Position numbers and translations under genes: made by a program | The notes under the pieces: model-generated | What the model saw: the letters and a program-made list of their open reading frames with translations, nothing else | Told to the model about the DNA's origin: nothing | The model's database searches: none | In this document: piece after piece, positions 53,534 through 63,120 of the stretch | Layout of the letters: each line of letters opens with the position of its first letter | Numbering within the stretch: the stretch's first letter is position 1 | From: a virus | Length of the DNA: 64,000 nucleotides | Direction: 5' to 3' (one strand) | IMG/VR virus record: IMGVR_UViG_3300035698_018475 | Location: 1-64,000 of that record

Positions 53534-55621
53534 ATGTTAGATCTTGAATCAAGGCATTTATGGATCAAAACTGATGGTACTACCTGGGATGCACCAGAAG
53601 GGCATGACCAATGGGCTTACAGGAAGATGAGGGGCTTCACTGGGAAAGAACCTGTATCAGATCCATCAGAGTTATGGCAGAAACTGACTGGGGATGTTAA
53701 GGTAAGTATTTCTGGGAATAGTATAGGGTTTGCATTCCATCGGGGAATTACCAGGAATCAAATAGATACTCTTAGATATATGGCAGAAGATTATACTACT
53801 ATTGGTTATGAGATATTTCCCTCTGAGGGTAATCCTATACAGACCCATGAGGAGATGCCCATAGGATTAACTTCTATGATGGGGGATCTTAGACAGGCAG
53901 GTATGTTGAAAGAAGCAACAGAGTACCCAGAATGGGGGCAGTATTGGATATATCCAAATGGAAGAGTAGAGGAAGTAGAAGGACATCAAGTAAGTGCTGG
54001 GAAACATTTTGGAATTAAACGACCTGCTTATAGTGCGGTGTACAGATTTATGAAGAAAAAGAAACTTATACGTGCTGTCACTTATGACTATACAGAAGTA
54101 GTTGTATTTGAATCTGTAATTAAACCTACTTCTTCTCAAATGAGAACCATCAGAAAGATGATGAGAGGAGCAAAAGAGGTACAGTTTGAAGTAACAAAGA
54201 AGATAGGTAGAACATATGAAACGGTATTTACAACAGAGGAACTTCATGAATTCTACAACTATAATTATGGTAAGGAGATAGATGAATCTCTTACGGAAAC
54301 TGTTAATAAGCAAGGATTACAACGTTTACTAAGGGTATATCAAGCACAGGAAAGAGGGGAAGATCCTGATTCTCAAGATCTTTATCATTCTCTAGTGATG
54401 ATGAGGGGGTACTATTCTGAATTCCTCGATTGGTACAAGAAGTATACGAGAGAGAAGTTACCTAAGTCAGCGAAGTTGGCAAGAGAAGATTATCGTAAAA
54501 GATTGAAAGAGATTGAAGCTGTTTTGGGGTCTGAAGAACTTAGATATAAAAGATTAGTAGTTTTAGATACTGCTATAAACCAGTGGCATGTAGATTTTCC
54601 CGTTATCTCTCATTTGGGGATGGAGGAAGGTGAAGATGATTTTGAATTGGAAAATCTTGCACATGATATTGCAATTATTCTTCGTAAGTTAGGAAGATTA
54701 CCAAAGAAGAGTCCTTATGTTACAGAATCTCTAATAGACTTCCCAGAGCAAGGGTTAGACCCTTCTATATGGGATTCTTATGTGAGTGGTTTACATATAT
54801 TAAAACCAGAGGTAAAGAGAAAGATTTTTCTAACTCTTCAACAATATCCTGGGTTTAGCCTATTGTCCATCCCTGGAGCTGATTATCATATAACTGGGTC
54901 GATGGGTACTAATCAGTATCAGGAAGATACAGATATAGATATTCATATAGTCCTCCCAGAGAGTTCTGAATATGCTGATAAGGAAATTCAGAGGCAGGTA
55001 TTTAAGTGGTTCAAAGAGTACAGAGATGTGATTGATGGTTATGTCAATCAGCATCCAATAGAAGTATACCTCCAGATAAATCCTTATCAGGAATACCTTT
55101 CCGATGCGGTATATGATATATTGAACCAAGAGTGGAAGAAAGGACCTTCCGTGGTACCCATGGATTTTGATCCATACGAAGAATATGTGGATATCTTGGA
55201 TGATGTGAATCAGGAAGCAGTTGCCGCAGATATACTCCTCGGAGAGTTGAAAAGGGATGTAATAGATTATGATACTATTAGACTTGCAATCAAAAGGAAT
55301 TTACCCACAGAGGTAAAGCAAAAGTTACTGACTCGTTTGCAGTCCCATCTGGAAGAGGTTGAGCAAGATATAGAAGAGTTGTATAAATTGAGGGGAGAGT
55401 GGGTACAGGATAGGAATCTGGCTTCTCAACCCACCAGTTTGGAACAGGCATTGGGTGATGTTGAGATGTCCAAGAGTTGGCGAGATAAAAATGCTATTTT
55501 CAAGTTTTTGAATCGTTATAATTATTTGAAACTTATTAGTGATTTGGCTAAAATGATAGAGGATGAAGTGGTAACTGATAGTGAGATGAATATCATTGGG
55601 GGTATGATAGGAATTGGGTAA
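53534..55621 (+). CDS. Multidomain protein with C-terminal Pol-beta-type nucleotidyltransferase
   Basis: ITGSMGT.QY...TDIDIHI and HPIEVY; two tandem WI.P/TDG..H modules at the N-terminus. Confidence 0.75.
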   Translation: MLDLESRHLWIKTDGTTWDAPEGHDQWAYRKMRGFTGKEPVSDPSELWQKLTGDVKVSISGNSIGFAFHRGITRNQIDTLRYMAEDYTTIGYEIFPSEGNPIQTHEEMPIGLTSMMGDLRQAGMLKEATEYPEWGQYWIYPNGRVEEVEGHQVSAGKHFGIKRPAYSAVYRFMKKKKLIRAVTYDYTEVVVFESVIKPTSSQMRTIRKMMRGAKEVQFEVTKKIGRTYETVFTTEELHEFYNYNYGKEIDESLTETVNKQGLQRLLRVYQAQERGEDPDSQDLYHSLVMMRGYYSEFLDWYKKYTREKLPKSAKLAREDYRKRLKEIEAVLGSEELRYKRLVVLDTAINQWHVDFPVISHLGMEEGEDDFELENLAHDIAIILRKLGRLPKKSPYVTESLIDFPEQGLDPSIWDSYVSGLHILKPEVKRKIFLTLQQYPGFSLLSIPGADYHITGSMGTNQYQEDTDIDIHIVLPESSEYADKEIQRQVFKWFKEYRDVIDGYVNQHPIEVYLQINPYQEYLSDAVYDILNQEWKKGPSVVPMDFDPYEEYVDILDDVNQEAVAADILLGELKRDVIDYDTIRLAIKRNLPTEVKQKLLTRLQSHLEEVEQDIEELYKLRGEWVQDRNLASQPTSLEQALGDVEMSKSWRDKNAIFKFLNRYNYLKLISDLAKMIEDEVVTDSEMNIIGGMIGIG

Positions 55622-55626
55622 AGTCA

Positions 55627-56175
55627 ATGTTTAGTAGTTTATTATCTCATATTAGAGAGAAAACTAGTCCTTACGGTATTGCTGGTTTAGAAGGTAAGAT
55701 GTGGTCTAAACTAGTAAGTTTAGAGATGGAAGCTACAGGAGTAGCTTTTGATATGGAGAATGATGATTCTGTGGGAGAACCCAAGAAGATAAAAGTTGAA
55801 GTTCTAGATAATATGAAGGACTTGTATCCCAAGGTGTTTGTACTATGTACTTTATATTCTGCGGGAGGAGATTGGCAGAACTCTGTAGGGTACTTCCGTT
55901 GTCAGTTGTTTAAGGGTACTGAAGCAGGAGAAGTATTTGTTGTAATACCAGTTGAGGGTAATGCTAATTTAGAAGCTAATGATAAAGGAGTGTACATTCC
56001 TACGGAGGGGGATGATCACACTTTGGTTAAGGATATGAATCTTTGGAAAGGTTTGAAAGATCTGATACAGGATAGGTTGGAAGTACATCATGATCCTTCT
56101 CAACCTTACGATGGAGCACCTTATAAGAGATCCAGGATGTTTCCTTCACATGATGTTCATAGGATATTTAGTTAA
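55627..56175 (+). CDS. Hypothetical protein
   Basis: Leader MFSSLLSHIRE. Confidence 0.6.
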   Translation: MFSSLLSHIREKTSPYGIAGLEGKMWSKLVSLEMEATGVAFDMENDDSVGEPKKIKVEVLDNMKDLYPKVFVLCTLYSAGGDWQNSVGYFRCQLFKGTEAGEVFVVIPVEGNANLEANDKGVYIPTEGDDHTLVKDMNLWKGLKDLIQDRLEVHHDPSQPYDGAPYKRSRMFPSHDVHRIFS

Positions 56176-56639
56176 TGAGTAAGATGTTGCCCCAGGAAAC
56201 TGTTGATGCAATGAGACAGCACCAAAATATTTCTGTCGATTCCTTCGGTATAGATTGTGATCTATACATACCATCCAACCTGGAAGTTCTGGAACCAGAA
56301 GACATATATACTAAGCCTGCGGATTACACCTATGTTCATTATACTACAATAGTAAGGATTGAGTGGTCTCCCAATATGCGGAGATTGCGGGCTTTAGGAT
56401 TATTCGCTGAGAATGATTTACCTATATTATCAAGGTTCCAAACTGAAGCACAAGCAGATGATGATACAATAAGACAGGTGGATATCCAGGTAAGAAGTTA
56501 TATCAAGGTTCCTATTCAATTTGTTCCTGATAAGTATAGTAAGACTGATGAGTTTGAGGTGGTAGATATTTTAACCGGGCCAGTTCATGATGCAACTTTA
56601 TCAAAAATATTCAAACTTGCCCCACGGAGAACGAGATGA
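56175..56639 (+). CDS. Head closure/neck protein (gp14-like)
   Basis: FGIDC.LYIP...LR.LGLF.E pattern; position in the neck module. Confidence 0.5.
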   Translation: MSKMLPQETVDAMRQHQNISVDSFGIDCDLYIPSNLEVLEPEDIYTKPADYTYVHYTTIVRIEWSPNMRRLRALGLFAENDLPILSRFQTEAQADDDTIRQVDIQVRSYIKVPIQFVPDKYSKTDEFEVVDILTGPVHDATLSKIFKLAPRRTR

Positions 56640-56821
56640 GTAAAGTCACAAATAAGAAAGATCATGAAGTAACCCTCAGATTGGGAGAGGAAAAGATACA
56701 TCTAGGTTCAGGACAATCCATTGATGTGGATCTCAGTAGGGTTAAGAATCTTCCTGAAGTAAGAAGGGATGTTACTATAGGAGGAGATCTGTCTGAGGTA
56801 CCTTCCAGATCAAGTAGTTAG
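56636..56821 (+). CDS. Small hypothetical protein
   Basis: 4-nt overlap. Confidence 0.55.
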   Translation: MSKVTNKKDHEVTLRLGEEKIHLGSGQSIDVDLSRVKNLPEVRRDVTIGGDLSEVPSRSSS

Positions 56822-56823
56822 TT

Positions 56824-57564
56824 ATGGCAGACACTTTCATAAAAGTCATAGATGAAGCTGTTAGAAGCTTGGTTTTCACCAAGTTTGGTGATGATATGGG
56901 CTTTTCTTCCATTGAGAGTGATGATGTTATATTGTTTCCCAAGGAAGTAGCTCAGAGAGTTATTGCCGAGAAGAGGGGAGTGAATGAAGTAGAGTTCGCA
57001 AATGTGTGGAGAGAAGCGACAAATATTGATTGGTCGAGGCAGAGAACTCCGTTAGCCAGACATGGTGTGTGGGGATCCTATGTGGATGGAGAATCCCCTG
57101 CTTCCGGTATAAGTGGAGAACGTATTGCTTTGGTAAATGCAAAGGCTGTTCCGGGAACCTTTGATTACGGTATTTGGTTCTGGAGTCAGGATAAGGATAA
57201 GGTAAATGCAGTTACTGAAACATACATGTTTTGGCCTCAGGATGACCCAAATCTTAGTCTAATTTTGAATGATATATATCCCCTCGAGTTTGATCTTCAT
57301 TTTGGGGAAATCCTGGATGAATCAGATCTCCCCACTATATTTGAGGTAGGTAGACTATTTGTAATACATATTCCTCTTAAGGTAGATGGTTGGGTGTTTA
57401 ACTTATCTCAGACAAGGACAATTAAGAAAATAGTCTTGACTTTATGGGATCATGATAATATATTAGACAGGTATGATGATGAAGAGGAGTTTTTACAAGA
57501 TGCTCCTTCAAGCGAGAAGAGTGTGTTACAATTATATCAAGAAACTACTTATGCAGATGAATGA
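56824..57564 (+). CDS. Tail terminator/sheath stabiliser (gp15-like)
   Basis: Position before the sheath gene; beta-rich FDY.IWFWS...L.V.GW pattern. Confidence 0.5.
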   Translation: MADTFIKVIDEAVRSLVFTKFGDDMGFSSIESDDVILFPKEVAQRVIAEKRGVNEVEFANVWREATNIDWSRQRTPLARHGVWGSYVDGESPASGISGERIALVNAKAVPGTFDYGIWFWSQDKDKVNAVTETYMFWPQDDPNLSLILNDIYPLEFDLHFGEILDESDLPTIFEVGRLFVIHIPLKVDGWVFNLSQTRTIKKIVLTLWDHDNILDRYDDEEEFLQDAPSSEKSVLQLYQETTYADE

Positions 57565-58654
57565 TCTTTTACAATTTATTAGAGATTCTGTTCAGGTAGA
57601 ATCCAAGAAGTCTGTAAAACGGACTTATTTGGATACAGGTAGAATCTCCCAGGAAGAATATAATAGTATCCTATCTTGGGATCCTACTGAACAGAAAAAG
57701 TACAGTGACTGGTTAGCCAAACAGTTTGTGGCCAAAGTTGATCCAGTGGAACTGGAACATGGTATACAAGACTTTCACCAAGGAGTAGAGAAGGGTTTAA
57801 TCAGAAACAAAGATATAAATACTTATACAATGGAGGAGTTTAATCAAGTTCTTGGTGAAATTGAGGGAGTTAAGACCGGGGGTGAAACAGAGGAGGAAGT
57901 TAAGAAAGGTGCTGACAAAGTTTGGGAGGATAGTTCCTATCTTGTGGTTTCACCACAAACTAGGGAAGCCTCTTGTTATTATGGGAAAGGTACTAAGTGG
58001 TGTACTTCTGCTACCAAGAGTAAGAATTATTTTGATACTTATAGATATAAAAAACATGTGAAATTTTACTATATAATAGATAAGAGGACGCAAGAGAAAT
58101 GGGCTGTGGCTGTAGATAGGTATGGTAATAAAGAATATTTTGATCAAAAAAATAAAAATATACAGAACATTCCTAGTGATGTACCTAAAAATATATTTAC
58201 ATCTTTCTCTAAGAAAGAAATAAAACAAATTATATTTGGGCAGGGAACAAGGAATTCTGATGGTTCTTACAGTTTTAAGGGAGATTTGGGTATAGCTGGC
58301 TTAGATCTGAAGAGTATAAAAGACTTAGGTGTAAAGATAAGAGACGTAGGAGGGAATTTTGATTGTTTTGATAATGAACTAACTACTTTAGAGGGATCTC
58401 CACAAAAAGTAGGAGGAAATTTCAATTGTCTGTATAACATACTAACTACCTTAGAAGGATCTCCACGAAGGATAGGAGGAAATTTCAATTGTTCAGGTAA
58501 TAAATTAACTACCTTAGAAGGAGCACCAGATTGGGTGGGAGGAAGTTTCAATTGTTATGATAACCCTCTTGAATCCTTAGAAGGTAAACCGGAATATATA
58601 GGTAAGAAATTTATGGTTCCAAGAAAATTGAGTAAGAGAAAAATTGAAATATAA
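57557..58654 (+). CDS. PcfJ-like domain protein with C-terminal leucine-rich repeats
   Basis: ASCYYG.GTKWCTS; four 22-aa VGG.F.C..N.L.TLEG.P units. Confidence 0.7.
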   Translation: MNDLLQFIRDSVQVESKKSVKRTYLDTGRISQEEYNSILSWDPTEQKKYSDWLAKQFVAKVDPVELEHGIQDFHQGVEKGLIRNKDINTYTMEEFNQVLGEIEGVKTGGETEEEVKKGADKVWEDSSYLVVSPQTREASCYYGKGTKWCTSATKSKNYFDTYRYKKHVKFYYIIDKRTQEKWAVAVDRYGNKEYFDQKNKNIQNIPSDVPKNIFTSFSKKEIKQIIFGQGTRNSDGSYSFKGDLGIAGLDLKSIKDLGVKIRDVGGNFDCFDNELTTLEGSPQKVGGNFNCLYNILTTLEGSPRRIGGNFNCSGNKLTTLEGAPDWVGGSFNCYDNPLESLEGKPEYIGKKFMVPRKLSKRKIEI

Positions 58655-58668
58655 TTTATAAGGAGATA

Positions 58669-60303
58669 GTGATGAGTCAGTACATTTCTCCCGGAGTATA
58701 TGTTAAAGAGAGAGATTTATCCACCATTATTCCCAACGTTTCTGCCACTACTTCGGCATTAGTGGGGTATTCCATCAAGGGTACTGTTGAAGTTAAGCTT
58801 ATAACTAACTCTCAACAGTTTATCAGTGAGTATGGAGAGCCGGTTCCTGGTAACTACTTCCACTACTCTGCTCTGGCTTTCCTTGAGAATGGGAATGCTC
58901 TGTACTGTTTACGGGTGATTAACGGAGCACTATATGGGGGTATGAATGTGGTTAATGAAGATTCAGAGTATGATAATGTGGGGTTCTCCGTAGGAAGATC
59001 TTCAATAGCATTCTATGATGATTCTCCGGTAACAGATGAGTTATTCTCCATATTCGGAAAAGATCCGGGAGTATGGGATAATAGGATTTCTATAATTGTT
59101 AGAGATGTGAATAATTTATACTATGATGGAAATCTGAGCTATCCTGCAGATGTGGTGGATCAGTACACATTTACTATTGATGTGTATTATCAGAATGATG
59201 ATGGGGAAAATCAGTTAGTGGAATCTTGGACCGTTTCAAGGCAGGAAAAAATTGATGGTTATGGACGACAGATGTATCTGGAAGATCGGATCAATGATTA
59301 CAGTGATTACATAATGGTGGCGGATAATACCGGGCAGGCAGATACGGTGGTACCAAAAGCTAATTCCAGTGTGGTACTACTCGTTGGTGGTACCGATGGT
59401 TCTGTTGCGACTTCAAGTCAGATAGCAACCGCTTGGGGTGAATTTACTAATCCGGATGATATTGATGTCAGGATACTTATCAACGGTGGAATTACTGCTG
59501 TGGCGGTCCAGCAGGCAATGTTGACTATTGCTGAGGCCAGGATGGATTGTATTGCTATTTTGGATATGCCTTATGGTTATATTGATTCTGTGGATGATAT
59601 AATAGATTGGCGTAGAAGTGTACAGAACTTTAATAGTTCCTACTGTGCCTTATACGCCCCGTGGGTCAAAATAAATGATTCCTTTAATGATAGGATTTTG
59701 GAAGTGCCTCCTTCTGGGTATGTGGCTTCCCAATATGCTTATAATGATTATGTGGCTCACCCATGGTTTGCACCTGCTGGTTTTAATCGAGGTATATTGA
59801 ATGTATTATCCATCTCCAGTGTGTTTACCCAAGGGGAAAGGGACCAATTATATAAATACCAGATCAATCCTTTGCAGGTCTTTAGAGGTCAAGGGAATGT
59901 TATCTGGGGGCAGAAGACCCAACAGTTTAAGCCATCAGCATTAAGTAGAGTGAATGTGAGGAGGATGTTGATAGTATTGGAGAAAGCAATATCTATTGCC
60001 TTACAGACCTTTGATTTTGATCCTAATAGTGAATTTTACAGGTTCAGAATTACTGCTATGGTTATAGAATATATGGATCTATTATCTACCCAAGGAGCGT
60101 TTCAAACAGAGTTGGGAGATGATGGGTATAAAGTAGTTTGTGATGATACTAATAATACTCCTGCTGTTATTGATAGAAATGAGTTAAGGGTAGACATATT
60201 TATCAAGCCCAGTAGAGCGGCAGAGTTTATTCAGTTACAGACCATTATTACAAGAACTGGAGCGTCGTTCAATGAACTTATTAGCCGCGGAGCTCTCCTC
60301 TAA
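58669..60303 (+). CDS. Tail sheath protein
   Basis: YISPGVYVKERDLS, ALYAPWV, VPPSG, WFAPAG.NRG, GQKT, RVNVRR and IFIKP.RAAEFI.L. Confidence 0.95.
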   Translation: MMSQYISPGVYVKERDLSTIIPNVSATTSALVGYSIKGTVEVKLITNSQQFISEYGEPVPGNYFHYSALAFLENGNALYCLRVINGALYGGMNVVNEDSEYDNVGFSVGRSSIAFYDDSPVTDELFSIFGKDPGVWDNRISIIVRDVNNLYYDGNLSYPADVVDQYTFTIDVYYQNDDGENQLVESWTVSRQEKIDGYGRQMYLEDRINDYSDYIMVADNTGQADTVVPKANSSVVLLVGGTDGSVATSSQIATAWGEFTNPDDIDVRILINGGITAVAVQQAMLTIAEARMDCIAILDMPYGYIDSVDDIIDWRRSVQNFNSSYCALYAPWVKINDSFNDRILEVPPSGYVASQYAYNDYVAHPWFAPAGFNRGILNVLSISSVFTQGERDQLYKYQINPLQVFRGQGNVIWGQKTQQFKPSALSRVNVRRMLIVLEKAISIALQTFDFDPNSEFYRFRITAMVIEYMDLLSTQGAFQTELGDDGYKVVCDDTNNTPAVIDRNELRVDIFIKPSRAAEFIQLQTIITRTGASFNELISRGALL

Positions 60304-60375
60304 ACCTTTGCTATATAAGGAGTTATAGATATTCCTAAAGGTGTTTATAAAAGAACTGAATTTCATAAAGAACGT

Positions 60376-61134
60376 ATGAGATCAGGAAAAGTCCTTATAA
60401 CAAGGGTTTGTCCTATATGTGGGGATACTTTTGAATGTGGGGATTGGGCATATAAGTATACTTATTGTAGTATTCGATGTTCTGGTATTTCACAAAGAGG
60501 TAAAGTGATTTCACAAGAACAGCGAGATAAAATAAGTACGACTCTACGAACTGTTAAAAGAGAAAGAAGGAAGTGCCTGGAGTGTGGAGAAATATTTGAG
60601 ATTAAGGTGAATGTTACTAAGAAATTTTGTAATAGAACTTGTTACTTTTCTTATAAAAAACGTGGTATGTATAAACATTCAGAGGAGACAAAGAAGAAGA
60701 TAGGAGATAGACATAGAAGAGAGAAGTTGAAGAAAGTCTGTCTTTCTTGTGGGAAGGAATTTTATGTATGTAAGTGTTTCAAATCCACTAAGTATTGTTC
60801 TATGAAGTGTTTTGGTTTGGATCATAGAGGGGATGGAGCAGCTGCTTGGAATGGTGGCACATCAAACTTTCCATATCCATTTGATTTTGATAAAGAACTG
60901 AAGGAGTTAATTCGTAAGAGAGATAGTTATGAATGTAGATTTTGTGGTATGTCACAAGAAGAACACTCGGAAGTTCTGGGAGAGCAGTTAAGTATACATC
61001 ATATTGATTATGATAAGGAAAATTCTGATCCAAACAATCTTATTTCCTTATGTAGAGGATGTCATCTCAGGACTAATGTTAATAGAGAAAGTTGGAAGAA
61101 GATTTTTAGATTAAAGTTAAAAATGGCGATTTAG
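60376..61134 (+). mobile_element. Free-standing HNH homing endonuclease with NUMOD3 and Zn fingers
   Basis: Repeated C..C...F...YCS..C; HSEETKKKI; RDSYEC.FC...IHHIDY...N....NL..LC..CH. Confidence 0.85.
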
Positions 61135-61157
61135 GGAACTATATAAGGAGAATAATT

Positions 61158-61676
61158 ATGAGTCCGACTATGGGAGTGGACAATCTTCGGGATAACTTAA
61201 CTAATCCACAACGTACTTATATGTGGGAATTCCAATGTGTGAATCCCATAGGAGGTGGTGATGGGGAGACCCTACTCCTTCGTTGTCAGACTATGGTTTG
61301 GCCGGGAGAAGCTTTCGGTGAAATACTTATTCCCTACAAGCAGACTGCCGGTCTGAAGGTTCCCGGTAAACGTAGCTATACTCATACTTTGGATACTACA
61401 ATGATCGAGGGGGAAGATGGGGTAGTACATGATATAATCCACGCTTGGATGCAACTTATTGTGGATAATAAAACTGGGATAGGAGTGGGGGATAATGCGG
61501 TGAAAACTGATATTTATCTTCGATTACTTTCTACTAAGGGGGAACAAACCAAGAGGATCCGGGTGATAGGTTGTTATCCACAGGCCAGAGATGAAATACC
61601 CCTATCCTATGATGATGAGGGTAATACATTGTTCCCCGTAACTTGGAGTTATGATCGTTGGGAAGAGGTTGTGTAG
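61158..61676 (+). CDS. Tail tube protein (gp19-like)
   Basis: NP.R..MWE, K.PG...Y, W..LI, GCYP......LSYD and VTWSYDRW. Confidence 0.85.
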   Translation: MSPTMGVDNLRDNLTNPQRTYMWEFQCVNPIGGGDGETLLLRCQTMVWPGEAFGEILIPYKQTAGLKVPGKRSYTHTLDTTMIEGEDGVVHDIIHAWMQLIVDNKTGIGVGDNAVKTDIYLRLLSTKGEQTKRIRVIGCYPQARDEIPLSYDDEGNTLFPVTWSYDRWEEVV

Positions 61677-61679
61677 TAT

Positions 61680-62249
61680 ATGGCTAAGTTCTCAGATTTA
61701 GTTTCTGGAGTTATGGGACCACAATCCCTTTTGTCCTATCATAGGACTTATAATTGGGATATATATTTCTTCTTCTCCATGGGTGGTATAAGGGGAGAAC
61801 TATTATCTAAGTTCTGTCAAGACATTACATTTGGTGGTTATTCCATATCCGATCTGGTAGAATTACGTAAAGGAGGAAGACAAGAGTTTTATCCCGGGAT
61901 GATGAATGTTAATACTGTTACTATGACCTTTGTCATTCCGTCTCCTGATATAGTGGGTAAATTCTTTCAATCTTGGAGGGAGCTAATAGTTGATCGTCAA
62001 GGTTTTTATGGAGTGAAGAATGACTATTCTAACAATATTTACATTTGGTTGGAGGGCAATAATTACTTTCCTAGTTCCAGATATGTATTAAAAAGAGCAT
62101 TTCCTCTGGATGTACCTTTGTTCAATTTATCTTATGGAGATGAAGATGTAGTGAGATATCCAATAAACTTTAAGGTGGATGATGTACAATTGGCAGGAGT
62201 TGCTGATACTGCAATAGATTTTGCCACTGGTCTTTTTAAGTGGTTTTAA
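61680..62249 (+). CDS. Tail-tube-like baseplate protein (gp48/gp54-like)
   Basis: Same fold pattern as the tube protein (AFP..V....LSY...F.VD). Confidence 0.65.
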   Translation: MAKFSDLVSGVMGPQSLLSYHRTYNWDIYFFFSMGGIRGELLSKFCQDITFGGYSISDLVELRKGGRQEFYPGMMNVNTVTMTFVIPSPDIVGKFFQSWRELIVDRQGFYGVKNDYSNNIYIWLEGNNYFPSSRYVLKRAFPLDVPLFNLSYGDEDVVRYPINFKVDDVQLAGVADTAIDFATGLFKWF

Positions 62250-62270
62250 GGAGATACATTTACAGAAGGG

Positions 62271-63032
62271 TTGGTAGATACAATGGGAAAGGATTTTAGA
62301 AGCGTTAAATTACCGTCTAAATGTTTGGTATATCCCGGGGTAAGTCCAGAGGATATATCTATCTGTCAATTAACTGGGGAGGAAGAAAGGTTATTATCGG
62401 AGGTCAATACTTCTAATTTGGATAGGAAGGTTCTTGAGGTCCTAAAGAATGTAGTACGAGGTGTAGACGTTTCTGTACTAACCGCAGGGGATCGATTGTT
62501 TCTCCTGATATGGGAGATTATGAATTCCTTTTCTGATGAGATTCCTGTAAGTTATCTATGTTACAATTGTAACAAGAAAGTGGATATTACTGGGAAGTTC
62601 TCTACTATGGAGGTTATAGAACTTCCAGATGATTTCAAACAACCATATCCAGTGACTCTGTCAGATGAAAAAGTAGTAAATCTCCGTTTACTCACAGCGG
62701 GTGATGAAGTTCTGATCTCTGATTATGAAAGTAGTGGTAAAGATGCTTGGTGTTATAGGTATGCATTAAGTATAGTTTCTGATGATGATATTTTGAGAAG
62801 GATTAAGTTCTATCAGGATCTTCCAGTAAAAGATACTGCTAAAATCAGAGCTTTCCAAGAGAAGTTTTTCCATGGACCCAGTATGGAATTTCCCTGTAAA
62901 TGTCCATACTGTGGGGAGGAGGAACTTGTTTCCATACCCTTTCGTATTGAGTTCCTTTTTCCGTCTGGCGAGGGGCTTGTCAGAAATCATGGAATTGGAG
63001 TTTCATCTGATGTGGTACCTAAGGATGAGTAA
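62271..63032 (+). CDS. Baseplate hub/assembly protein (gp26-like)
   Basis: V.LPSK..Y, LT.GDR.FLL, CYNC, LRLLT.GDE and CPYCG. The ATG may be 62283. Confidence 0.7.
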   Translation: MVDTMGKDFRSVKLPSKCLVYPGVSPEDISICQLTGEEERLLSEVNTSNLDRKVLEVLKNVVRGVDVSVLTAGDRLFLLIWEIMNSFSDEIPVSYLCYNCNKKVDITGKFSTMEVIELPDDFKQPYPVTLSDEKVVNLRLLTAGDEVLISDYESSGKDAWCYRYALSIVSDDDILRRIKFYQDLPVKDTAKIRAFQEKFFHGPSMEFPCKCPYCGEEELVSIPFRIEFLFPSGEGLVRNHGIGVSSDVVPKDE

Positions 63033-63120
63033 ATCTGATCTTCTGCAGTGTTCTCTGAAAGAAAGAGATTGGTTATATAACAGATTGATACAGGTGATTA
63101 GTAGGAAGAAAGATGGCTAA
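62989..63120 (+). CDS. Small tail-assembly protein (43 aa) or frameshift extension of 62271
   Basis: MELEFHLMWYL..S..D...S..ER.WLY.RL; overlaps the upstream gene by 44 nt. Confidence 0.5.
   Translation: MELEFHLMWYLRMSKSDLLQCSLKERDWLYNRLIQVISRKKDG

Noticed and set aside
30012-55621. Complete ADP-heptose pathway from HldE kinase + HAD phosphatase + nucleotidyltransferase
   Set aside because: The HAD protein is not GmhB-like (no DRDG or Zn loop), the NTase is Pol-beta type rather than HIGH type, and the genes are far apart.
60376-61134. Group I intron around the HNH gene
   Set aside because: Sheath and tube are complete separate ORFs, and the flanking gaps are too short to hold intron core helices.
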